64,000 nt of DNA from positions 64,001 through 128,000 of the IMG/VR virus record IMGVR_UViG_3300007083_000004; one strand, given 5' to 3'. The DNA is from a virus. Lineage: Duplodnaviria; Caudoviricetes. The translations under genes and the position numbers were made by a program. The notes below the pieces were generated by a model that made no database searches, had not been told where the DNA came from, and worked only from the letters and a program-made list of their open reading frames with translations. Positions 31,058 through 39,768 of the stretch are shown piece after piece. Each line of letters starts with the position of its first letter. Position 1 is the stretch's first letter.

Positions 31058-32485
31058 ATGTTAAATTTAAATTCATTAATGGCTACCCGTGATTTCGTTC
31101 ATGAATTAGGTAATGAAAATTTGTTGGTAGCCATACCAAATAGTCCTATTGCTGAAAGCATTGCTGCTACTAAGGTACAGGGTATTTCTGCTAAAACCCC
31201 CAACGATATCGATATGTTACCAGATGCACTATTTACTCTAAACGAAGTAAAATTAGAAAATGGTGCTGTAATTCCGGATATTCATTCTTTATTCTTGGAA
31301 GAAACTGCCGTGAGGATTGGTGGTGTTATAGCCAGTCATGTAGATTATGCTTTAAACGTTGTTGGTACTAAAGCAAAAGAATTAAATGACGAGATTTTAG
31401 GCCAATTGGATGTACTAAATAACAATCCATTAAAAGCGTATCGCGTATTACCAGAATCTAGTTCCAGTCTATTTAACGAACCTAGTTTTGTTAATGAAAT
31501 ACAAAAATATAGAAATATTGATGTAACCAAAGATTCTGACCTAGTTTTGGATTATAAGAATATTTCTGATCAAGATATCATCTTGATGATGAAAATTGGC
31601 TCTGGCAATTTTGATGTGGCTGTAGATGAGTTTGTAACCAATGTAGGCATGCCTTTTTTACAAGAAGTCTGGAATGTGGTATTTCAATCCAATAAAAATG
31701 GTTTTAATACTTATAATGCTTTTAGAGTAGAAAAAGGGTTAAACGCCAATATAGCTACTTTTCTGTTTGCATCCAAATTAATTCAAGATGAAAATGTAAT
31801 TTTCAATGTAACTGGCACATCTGGTTTAAATGCATCTAAATATGTTTTCATATTAAAAGATTTGCAAGAAATCAGTGGTTGTGCATTATGTGCTCATTTT
31901 GATGCTAAAACTCGTGAAAGTAATACTGGCAAATTAATTACCAGGGTAGAAGATAAAACGGTTTATGTGGATAAAAATATTTATGATAGATATCTACAGG
32001 AAGGTGGTGATGTTGAAGCCATCTTAGGTTCTGTTTTAAACGGCAATAGAGTTTACTACATAGATGAAATTGTTGAAAAGAAAGATACGTTTATCAGAGC
32101 CTGGAATCATCATGTTGCTATAGAAAAAGCTAACAGTGATGAAAATAGCATCGCTTTAGTTAAAACCATTTTAAATTCTTTTACTCGCAAATGCATTATT
32201 AGTAGCGAAGAAGAAGTTATAAAAAACAATTCCGAAACTATTATAAACAACACCATCGATTGGGCTAATAAACTCGTAAATGAAGATTTAAAAGATATAA
32301 ACTCTTTAGCTACCAGATTTTTATGTGAAACTATTTACTCCTTTACGGATTCTTATAAAATTTTAAATGGAGTAAATACGGCTTTATCGGCCAATCCTGA
32401 TTTATCTGCCGAGGATGCTTTAACAAGTTCTTTAATAACTTATGTTGCTGGTTGGTATGCCAGTCAAGTTAGATTGCAATCATGA
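31058..32485 (+). CDS. Conserved jumbo-phage protein (phiKZ gp177-like)
   Basis: 475 aa; position between RNAP beta and the protease. Confidence 0.65.
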   Translation: MLNLNSLMATRDFVHELGNENLLVAIPNSPIAESIAATKVQGISAKTPNDIDMLPDALFTLNEVKLENGAVIPDIHSLFLEETAVRIGGVIASHVDYALNVVGTKAKELNDEILGQLDVLNNNPLKAYRVLPESSSSLFNEPSFVNEIQKYRNIDVTKDSDLVLDYKNISDQDIILMMKIGSGNFDVAVDEFVTNVGMPFLQEVWNVVFQSNKNGFNTYNAFRVEKGLNANIATFLFASKLIQDENVIFNVTGTSGLNASKYVFILKDLQEISGCALCAHFDAKTRESNTGKLITRVEDKTVYVDKNIYDRYLQEGGDVEAILGSVLNGNRVYYIDEIVEKKDTFIRAWNHHVAIEKANSDENSIALVKTILNSFTRKCIISSEEEVIKNNSETIINNTIDWANKLVNEDLKDINSLATRFLCETIYSFTDSYKILNGVNTALSANPDLSAEDALTSSLITYVAGWYASQVRLQS

Positions 32486-33204
32486 ACGTAAAAGAACTAA
32501 AAAGAAATCCAACATTAGCTAAAACCCATTTCATAACAACCGATCAGGGCTCTTTATTGACCAAACATGGTTTATCAATAATGATACCCAAACGCTTCGT
32601 GGAGGTGAGTTTAGCTACTGTTGGTTCTGATAATGAAATCGTTGGAATATGTGCATGGATTATAGGCAACGAATATTTCATTACTCTAACTAATGCATTA
32701 TTTAAAATTACTCCCGATAACATAACGGAAACCATTGTAGATGGCGATGTTTATGTATCGTACAATTTTGATAAAAACAGTGTTGTAATGCCAAACACTA
32801 ATTTATTAAAATCTTCAGGTATTGTTTTTCATATTTTCAATGAATTAATAGCTAAAGGTAAAGTTCCTTGGTACATCAATTATCTAGACAGATTGAATAT
32901 ATTCGATAGTGCCAATAAACATGCCGGTGTTAGCTTTACCGATCAGAAAGAAGTAACTGAGATGATTGTGGCCGTTAATACCAGGTTTAAAGACAATATA
33001 AATCAGTATTATAGACATGTTATAAAAAAAGAAGACGATTTAATATCTGATAAACATAAACCCACTTCTTTAAGAGATGTGGAGTTTTCGGCTACTACTA
33101 CATTAAATAAACTGATGGGTTCATATATGAATAGAGCTATTACGTCATCTTTGAATCATCCATCTGAAAGAGTAGAGAAATTAGAAGAATACTTAAGGAT
33201 GTAA
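32482..33204 (+). CDS. Conserved jumbo-phage protein (phiKZ gp176-like)
   Basis: IPKRF, KGKVPWYINY, NKLMGSY, SERVEKLEEYLR; synteny. Confidence 0.7.
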   Translation: MNVKELKRNPTLAKTHFITTDQGSLLTKHGLSIMIPKRFVEVSLATVGSDNEIVGICAWIIGNEYFITLTNALFKITPDNITETIVDGDVYVSYNFDKNSVVMPNTNLLKSSGIVFHIFNELIAKGKVPWYINYLDRLNIFDSANKHAGVSFTDQKEVTEMIVAVNTRFKDNINQYYRHVIKKEDDLISDKHKPTSLRDVEFSATTTLNKLMGSYMNRAITSSLNHPSERVEKLEEYLRM

Positions 33205-33227
33205 ACTTTTTTTAAATAGGTATAATC

Positions 33228-34010
33228 ATGCATGGAGCGGTAGAATACAATTGTCAAGTATTAAATGGTACCAATAAGGCTGGTACATTGAGAAAAAATG
33301 AAAATGGATATTACGAGATGATTGTTGGTGCTCTTAACATGACGAACAATGTTGGGGAGTACTACGATTACAATTATGCACGTAAATTTTTTGACGAAGC
33401 CAGTGATTTAGTCAGAATGAGTAAAAAGGGTGTATTAAGAGGAGAATATGGCCATCCTCAAATGTTACCCGGCATGACGGATGATGATTATGTATCCAGG
33501 CTATTGATGATTAATGAAAAAGAAACATGTTGTCATCATAAACGAATATATCTGGATTTTAATCATTTTAAAGATTCTAATGGCAAGCCTATAGTTGGCA
33601 TCATGAGTGAAATATCTCCCAGTGGTCCATATGGCGAACCATTAGAAAAACAAATAAATAATGGTCATGAAAACGTGTGTTTTTCTATCAGATGTTTTAC
33701 CATGCCACATAGAAAAGGTGGTAGGGTAATAAAAGAGATGAAACATGTCGTAACTTTTGATTATGTAAATGAACCGGGCATTTCTGTTGCTACTAAATAT
33801 AATTCTCCTTCGTTGGAGAATAATGGAAAAAAAATATTTACCGAAGGTACAGTAAAACAGGCTGCTAGAAAATTGATTGATAATAAACATTCTAATGAAT
33901 CTGCTATTATACCAGTTACAGCTTTAATGAACTCCATGGGTTGGGAATTAAAAAACAGTAAAGAAGCAAAAAGAAACTTCTTTGAATTATTAAATACAAA
34001 AAATTTATAA
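33228..34010 (+). CDS. Prohead maturation protease (phiKZ gp175-like)
   Basis: LRGEYGHP, PSGPYG, CFSIRC (catalytic Ser), VTFDYVNEPGI. Confidence 0.9.
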   Translation: MHGAVEYNCQVLNGTNKAGTLRKNENGYYEMIVGALNMTNNVGEYYDYNYARKFFDEASDLVRMSKKGVLRGEYGHPQMLPGMTDDDYVSRLLMINEKETCCHHKRIYLDFNHFKDSNGKPIVGIMSEISPSGPYGEPLEKQINNGHENVCFSIRCFTMPHRKGGRVIKEMKHVVTFDYVNEPGISVATKYNSPSLENNGKKIFTEGTVKQAARKLIDNKHSNESAIIPVTALMNSMGWELKNSKEAKRNFFELLNTKNL

Positions 34011-34020
34011 TCATTGTTAT

Positions 34021-34059
34021 TTATTCTACTCTAGAGCATTTTTCTCTAGAGTAGAATAA
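34021..34059 (+). terminator. Terminator hairpin (16-bp stem)
   Basis: TTATTCTACTCTAGAG...CTCTAGAGTAGAATAA. Confidence 0.75.
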
Positions 34060-34169
34060 TGAAATTTATTGTCTTCGTTTATTCAGTTAGTTGATTATAA
34101 ACTAACTCATCATATATTTTTATTGGCTTAACTACAGCCGATCTTCTATTTATTTTTTATTTTGTTTAT

Positions 34170-34400
34170 TATGATGTGGTAATAAGAAATGCGCAGGAGA
34201 CAAAGATTTTGCATACGACCAATGTCTGCAACGTACTTCCTATTACCAAAACGCGGAGTTTGAGAGATCTGCGTTCATAAACGAAGCATAGTTTCATAAC
34301 TCTCCTTTACGAGAGGAAGTTCTTGAAACAGGGTACTGCGATAGTCAACCAACGCAGTACCCACCACTGTATACAAAGATTAAAACGTATACATCATTAT
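34170..34400 (+). ncRNA. Candidate structured non-coding RNA
   Basis: GC-enriched island without a credible ORF; five consecutive stems with G-U pairs; lies between two terminators. Confidence 0.55.
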
Positions 34401-34438
34401 GGTTATATGTATGTGAAAATTGTTTTAAAATAGAATTA

Positions 34439-34476
34439 TATAGATGACGGTGAGGCATGCCTCACCGTCATCTATA
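34439..34476. terminator. 38-bp perfect palindrome
   Basis: TATAGATGACGGTGAGGCA/TGCCTCACCGTCATCTATA. Confidence 0.75.
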
Positions 34477-34503
34477 AGCTATATGTTAGTTATTTTTTAT
34501 CAA

Positions 34504-34537
34504 TATATTACTAATTTGAGTATTGTTCGATACTCAA
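34504..34537 (+). promoter_or_regulatory. Putative early promoter with 5' hairpin
   Basis: TATATTAC-TAATT-TG, then GAGTAT...ATACTC. Confidence 0.7.
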
Positions 34538-34606
34538 TAATTTTTTATAATATTTGCTATTAAGATGATCCGTCTATTACTTTCCTTAAAGGAGAAAATT
34601 TTTAAT

Positions 34607-35083
34607 ATGAAAACTACTGATGAGAAAAAAGTAGTTGAATTTCTGGGTAATGAATATGACATCGAGGCTTTAGGACGAGCGGTAGGATCGTCTGTAGATG
34701 TTTATATTAAACCAGATGATCAAATTCATGAAATAATTTTTGATCAAGAAAAAATGCCGGTTAAGTGGAAAAAAGATTTTAAACGACCCATCATGACGGT
34801 TCATACTGGCAAATATGTTTTTATATATAAACCTGACAGTTTGGTTATGGAGAAAGGTTTTAAAGCCAGACTCATTTCCAAATACCTTTTCAACAAATGT
34901 AAACACAAGGAGTTTGAATATGAAATAGAAACGCCTCAATCAAGATATCCAGAATCTTTTTCAAACAGATCTACTTTTAAACCTAGAAATAGTTATAATG
35001 GTGAAAAAAGGTCTTTTGATAAACCGTATGGATATAAACGTAACGATGAAAGAAGTACAATCAAATCCAGTAGAACATTTTGA
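34607..35083 (+). CDS. Hypothetical protein with basic disordered C-terminus
   Basis: AAGGAG RBS before ATG 34607; ARLISKY motif. Confidence 0.7.
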   Translation: MKTTDEKKVVEFLGNEYDIEALGRAVGSSVDVYIKPDDQIHEIIFDQEKMPVKWKKDFKRPIMTVHTGKYVFIYKPDSLVMEKGFKARLISKYLFNKCKHKEFEYEIETPQSRYPESFSNRSTFKPRNSYNGEKRSFDKPYGYKRNDERSTIKSSRTF

Positions 35084-35111
35084 TTCTATTTAATTTAAAG
35101 GAAATACTGAA

Positions 35112-35603
35112 ATGAGTGAAGATATCAAAATCAAAGAGAATACCCGCTCTCTGGCTGGTCGTATTAAACCACTATTGTCCGTCAAGGATAATGGTGAACT
35201 GGTAGACGATAAGGTCTTTGAGAAAATTGCGACCGAAGATGGTCGCAATTTGAAACAAATGATCGACGATGATAATTATCGTTCCAACTTTGTATCAGCC
35301 CATACATTGGCTTCTGGTGAAGTAGCATTGGACTTCATGAAGAAGAACAAAAAGGTAGAAAACGTTGCTGGTTCATTTGAGATTGGTCGTTCTACCCTGG
35401 AAGTCAAGTTTGATCGTCATAAGAAAGTTCCCAATCGAGTCATGGATAAAGAGACTGGTAACTTTAAAGTCGATGGCGAGAAAGATCTTTATGGTGATTC
35501 TGCCGTTAAGTTTGCTGTCTATGGAGCACGTGGTTCTCGTGGTGAACTGAAGCAAGTTCGAGAGTTCTTGCAAGATAACTTCAAAAGTGCTTTTTCGAAG
35601 TAA
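35112..35603 (+). CDS. Hypothetical protein, probably highly expressed
   Basis: 163 aa; strong RBS; codon usage shifted toward CGT/CTG/AAG/GTC. Confidence 0.75.
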   Translation: MSEDIKIKENTRSLAGRIKPLLSVKDNGELVDDKVFEKIATEDGRNLKQMIDDDNYRSNFVSAHTLASGEVALDFMKKNKKVENVAGSFEIGRSTLEVKFDRHKKVPNRVMDKETGNFKVDGEKDLYGDSAVKFAVYGARGSRGELKQVREFLQDNFKSAFSK

Positions 35604-35640
35604 ATTCGTTTGTCGTGAGTCTTAGCTAAGACAGCAAAAG

Positions 35641-35677
35641 TAGATAGGCAATGGGCATAACGCCCATTGCCTATCTA
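35641..35677. terminator. Bidirectional terminator hairpin
   Basis: TAGATAGGCAATGGGC-ataac-GCCCATTGCCTATCTA. Confidence 0.8.
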
Positions 35678-35709
35678 TGCTTTTTATCTATATCTATTTA
35701 TTTTTTTAT

Positions 35710-36582
35710 TTATACTACTACTTGATTATTGGATAATTCAGAAATTTGATTACCAAAACCAGCAGCAGCATTGACTATATCTTTATCGATACCTTCTGTA
35801 TATGCTCTTCTATGTAACGGGTTGGCACCTGCTACTGCCATTCCATTTAAAACATCTTGAGCAAATGAATTTACGCCATTACCGATTTGAGCAATACCAG
35901 CCATGGGAATATTGTATCTAACTGATTCCATATCAGTAGTAATGTCACGGCGACCAATGACTTCACCTCCGGATAGTGGGAACATGTTATAAACAATCCA
36001 CGATCGGATTACTTTGGCTTGTTGTGGATCCGGTTCAATGAATAACATATCCATCGAATAAATGTCCGCCAACATATCAGTCGGCCTTTGTTCTGGAGTA
36101 AAAGTATTTACCAAAGCTGTTTTTGTTTCAGGATCCATGATCAAATACTGAATCCAAGTTTCTAATAAAGCATTAACAGGAGCTCCAGCCAGATCGGGAA
36201 TAGTGAAAGATAATGAGGTTCTTTCACGAGTCACGTTGGTGGGATCCTGGAATTGCTCTCCAGCACCACCATATGGCGTCTCAGAGACACTAACGGTCAG
36301 GGTAGAGTTAAGACCCTCAATGGAGATAGGATGGGTCTCAAACACCGCTCTAACGGCTGCATACCAGTCGTTAGGTTTAGGTAGATATCTAAACCCTTCG
36401 GGTGCTCTTAATACGATAGGAATAATATTCCTTCTAACATAACCTGTTTTACTGACCCAATGGGTAGGATTCGGAGACCAACCCATGACTCCTGAGTAAT
36501 TAGGATTTAACATCTGGCGTCTGAAATTAAAATTCAGACCAGCGTGTTCTCTTTGGATAAGAGCATCGTTCATTCTGGACAT
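35710..36582 (-). CDS. Tail tube protein (phiKZ gp30-like)
   Basis: YVRRNIIPIVLRAP, SIEGLNSTLTV, IMDPETK, LFIEPDP, NMFP; follows the sheath gene. Confidence 0.85.
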   Translation of the reverse strand: MSRMNDALIQREHAGLNFNFRRQMLNPNYSGVMGWSPNPTHWVSKTGYVRRNIIPIVLRAPEGFRYLPKPNDWYAAVRAVFETHPISIEGLNSTLTVSVSETPYGGAGEQFQDPTNVTRERTSLSFTIPDLAGAPVNALLETWIQYLIMDPETKTALVNTFTPEQRPTDMLADIYSMDMLFIEPDPQQAKVIRSWIVYNMFPLSGGEVIGRRDITTDMESVRYNIPMAGIAQIGNGVNSFAQDVLNGMAVAGANPLHRRAYTEGIDKDIVNAAAGFGNQISELSNNQVVV

Positions 36583-36602
36583 TTCAAATTACTCCTGTAG
36601 AA

Positions 36603-38678
36603 TTAGTTATTGCCAGGCATAGACTCTCGTCTATAACCAGTCAAGAGGGTATATTGCACGGTTTTCATGACATCGGCGCCAACATCTACGCTAAGAGTCC
36701 AGGAATACCCATTATACTCATCTACGGCAGTAAATATGACATTAGGAACGATTCTAACTTTCTTATCGTATTTACCTTCGATCATGACATTAAAATCACG
36801 TACCAAATATTTCTGGAATTGTTCATTAGAATATTCGGAAGAACCACTATATTCAGACCACAATCTATCTGCTACTTTTTGTAAATCAACAAAAACTAGT
36901 GCAGTAAAATAACTGGTAAGAATAGAGTTATCGACGGAATAACCAGTTCTGAGTGCAGGAAAGAATAAGGTATCCATATCTTTCTTTTGCACATAAACCA
37001 TGCCATTATACCAATCTCGTCTTCTAGCTGCAATAGGTCTCCATGTTACATTAACATCCCTGAACATGGATATTTCAGCAAATCTACCATGAGAAAAGTT
37101 AAATGCACTTCTCCATAAACCATTACCAGCGCCCATGTATCTAGCAGATTTAGATGCGATCTCTAACGATAACGGCCTTCTTTGTTTATCCTGAGATCCA
37201 ATCAATTTACCATCGCACGCTACAATCATGAATCTGGCAGCAGGGGTACCATATTCACTGGATTCTGGTAGCATATGACCACGAGTATATAATGCAATAG
37301 CCAATGAAGATTCTTGAGAACCATCTAGCGTAGGGGCATCCGCGTCTTGTAAGCACCACACCAAGAACGTATCTTTACGAACGGCGATGAAATTAGCCAA
37401 CGCCAGTTTGGTATCTATATTAAAACCAGAATCGTAGAAGAAGCTCTCTGGATTACCTAAACGATCTTCGGTGACTTCTTGGTTAATATCACCATACTTT
37501 TCAATTTCCTGTTTTACCATTCCATTTAAAGTGGCGGAATCAATTGTACCATCGTTACCGCCGCTTAACCAAATGGCAGATACATCACTCATGGGTTCGG
37601 AATTAGCATCAATTCTATTGATTCTGTAGGAATAGTAAGGAACACCTTTGGAGGATTTACCGGAAATGAAATTAAATCTATGTATTTCATCTAAACCAAT
37701 ATCCTCAAAATCAGTACCTGGATAAGTGGCGTAAGGCTGTTCCAGACTGTAGAATTGAGTCAAAAGGGTATCTAAATTATTTTTATACAGGAAAGCTCTG
37801 CCAAATGGTCCATATAGAGGAGCCATACCGGGTCTTTCTAAATCAGTATAACTATCGATGAATCTATCGTCAAAAGAAACCGACTGAACTACCGACCTTT
37901 TTATTTGATCATCCTTAAATACACAAGTAACGCCAGAAGAACCAAATAGGGTTTGAAAGTATCTTACGATAGCTCCAGATTTATCCAGACACTCAATCTG
38001 ATATGGATAGGCCCGATTATCTTCAATTAGTTCTGTATCGGGTTCTATTCTAGCGTTGGCGGTAGGTGCCCAGATTCTGATACCTAAATCATCACCATAC
38101 ACACCCTCATGACTGGCCAGGATATCCATGAATGGGTATCTTTGAGACCAATTACCGGCACCATCTTGTTGGTCACCAGTCATCACGGCACCTTGTGCCA
38201 TCTGAGCTTCAGTGATAGCAGTTTTTACAAATTTGATAGTAACGCCGTTTACGGTATTACCAGAACTAATAGGATTACCTAAGCTATCTAATTGATAATT
38301 ACCATCTGGTAATCTGATGTAATCAGGAATGGCTTCAGGTAATACATCTACCCAAATTCTGATTGCCGATTTAGCAGCTCCTGGAGGAATCAATCTATGA
38401 TAAATAGCCTGGTTACCTTCAGCATTTACAATATTGGAATATTGTGTTTGATGAGTAAAATATTTGCTGGTAGGATCAAACGTTTCTGAGCCATATAACT
38501 GTTCGCGTATAGCACCGTCTGCTAAAATACGACCAGTAGGACCTTTTTTTGCAAATAAAAACCAAAGCGGTAAATGGGTGGGATATTGTTTAGGTACCAG
38601 AATGGGATCGGGCACACTCATATCCCTAATGCCGTAAGTAATATTTTGCGGCATAGAGTTAAAATTTGATGTTGCCAT
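36603..38678 (-). CDS. Contractile tail sheath protein (phiKZ gp29-like)
   Basis: 691 aa; GIRDMS, PTHLPL, YGSETFD, LSGGNDG, FYDSGF, PESSEYGTPAAR. Confidence 0.9.
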   Translation of the reverse strand: MATSNFNSMPQNITYGIRDMSVPDPILVPKQYPTHLPLWFLFAKKGPTGRILADGAIREQLYGSETFDPTSKYFTHQTQYSNIVNAEGNQAIYHRLIPPGAAKSAIRIWVDVLPEAIPDYIRLPDGNYQLDSLGNPISSGNTVNGVTIKFVKTAITEAQMAQGAVMTGDQQDGAGNWSQRYPFMDILASHEGVYGDDLGIRIWAPTANARIEPDTELIEDNRAYPYQIECLDKSGAIVRYFQTLFGSSGVTCVFKDDQIKRSVVQSVSFDDRFIDSYTDLERPGMAPLYGPFGRAFLYKNNLDTLLTQFYSLEQPYATYPGTDFEDIGLDEIHRFNFISGKSSKGVPYYSYRINRIDANSEPMSDVSAIWLSGGNDGTIDSATLNGMVKQEIEKYGDINQEVTEDRLGNPESFFYDSGFNIDTKLALANFIAVRKDTFLVWCLQDADAPTLDGSQESSLAIALYTRGHMLPESSEYGTPAARFMIVACDGKLIGSQDKQRRPLSLEIASKSARYMGAGNGLWRSAFNFSHGRFAEISMFRDVNVTWRPIAARRRDWYNGMVYVQKKDMDTLFFPALRTGYSVDNSILTSYFTALVFVDLQKVADRLWSEYSGSSEYSNEQFQKYLVRDFNVMIEGKYDKKVRIVPNVIFTAVDEYNGYSWTLSVDVGADVMKTVQYTLLTGYRRESMPGNN

Positions 38679-38784
38679 CGTGCTTATTCCTATAAAGACA
38701 AAATCATGATATGATATTTATTTAAGAAACTTATTTTGTATTATTCGATTATAAAACCGCAATCAATTAAAAACGGATTTTCTC

Positions 38785-39684
38785 ATGGCTATTTTTTATT
38801 CGTCTTATGATACCACATTTGGTAAAAAACTAAATGTAGAACCATCGATAAATGCAATCGTTAAAGCATCAAATTATTTTAATATTTCAGATGATCCCTA
38901 CAAAATTATAGATAACAACGTGGATATTCCCGTAGACATCCCACATTTCTCTCATCCATTAAATGTAGGTATGGGTAAAGATAGTAAATTATTTATTGAT
39001 GTAAGGGGTTTTGTTCAAACCAATAAATTAACTGGAGAGAATAAAGTAAATTCTTCAGTTGATTATGAAATGATGGTAAATAGAGTAATACTGGAATCTT
39101 TATTCAGACAAAATCCAGTTCTTTTATGTAATACATTAGATATATATCCCGCTTCTATATTTGGTAGTTGGTTTAGTGAAAACATTAGTAAGAGATTTGG
39201 TTTAGCTATTGAAGATCAGTTTAAAATACAGATCTTTTCTATTTATTACTATTATTCTTTATTTGAAAATATTAATGATAAACCGGACTCTAATAATGTT
39301 TTAAAGATAACTCAAAAGATTGCTCGTGCAACTGGAATAAACTCCGATACCATATTCTCCATAATAGGAGATAGGCCGTATGTTAATGACATTAATGATT
39401 ATTGTGAACAACTCGAAGATGTGTCAAACAACATTAGATTAAAAGGGTTTAATGCCATAGCAGTTTATCCCTTATTGAAATCTACTTGGTATGGTCATAA
39501 TGCAAATGAATTGGTAGCTGTTTCTTTAGAACACATTCCTACATTTATTTCTATTTTATATGCCGCCATTACTGAAAGGGCGTATAAGAGAAGTAATTTA
39601 TCCAAGATGCTGGAATATAATTATTCCAAGAAACTGAAAGAAAGTTTCGTATTAAAATTATCCAGCATGTTAAAAGGATTTTAA
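38785..39684 (+). CDS. Virion structural protein (phiKZ gp28-like)
   Basis: SYDTT, IPHFSHP, VAVSLEHIPTF; synteny. Confidence 0.7.
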   Translation: MAIFYSSYDTTFGKKLNVEPSINAIVKASNYFNISDDPYKIIDNNVDIPVDIPHFSHPLNVGMGKDSKLFIDVRGFVQTNKLTGENKVNSSVDYEMMVNRVILESLFRQNPVLLCNTLDIYPASIFGSWFSENISKRFGLAIEDQFKIQIFSIYYYYSLFENINDKPDSNNVLKITQKIARATGINSDTIFSIIGDRPYVNDINDYCEQLEDVSNNIRLKGFNAIAVYPLLKSTWYGHNANELVAVSLEHIPTFISILYAAITERAYKRSNLSKMLEYNYSKKLKESFVLKLSSMLKGF

Positions 39685-39692
39685 TATATCAA

Positions 39693-39729
39693 AATACTAC
39701 TGACTGGTATGAAACCAGTCAGTAGTATT
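39693..39729 (+). terminator. Terminator hairpin
   Basis: AATACTACTGACTGGT...ACCAGTCAGTAGTATT. Confidence 0.75.
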
Positions 39730-39768
39730 AGTTTTAAATTTCATTTATTGTTTTAACGAGATTAGCTT

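Noticed and set aside
34170-34400. tmRNA, tRNA, 6S or retron ncRNA
   Set aside because: No T-arm/acceptor-CCA arrangement, tag ORF or rod-with-bubble fold, and no reverse transcriptase in the window.
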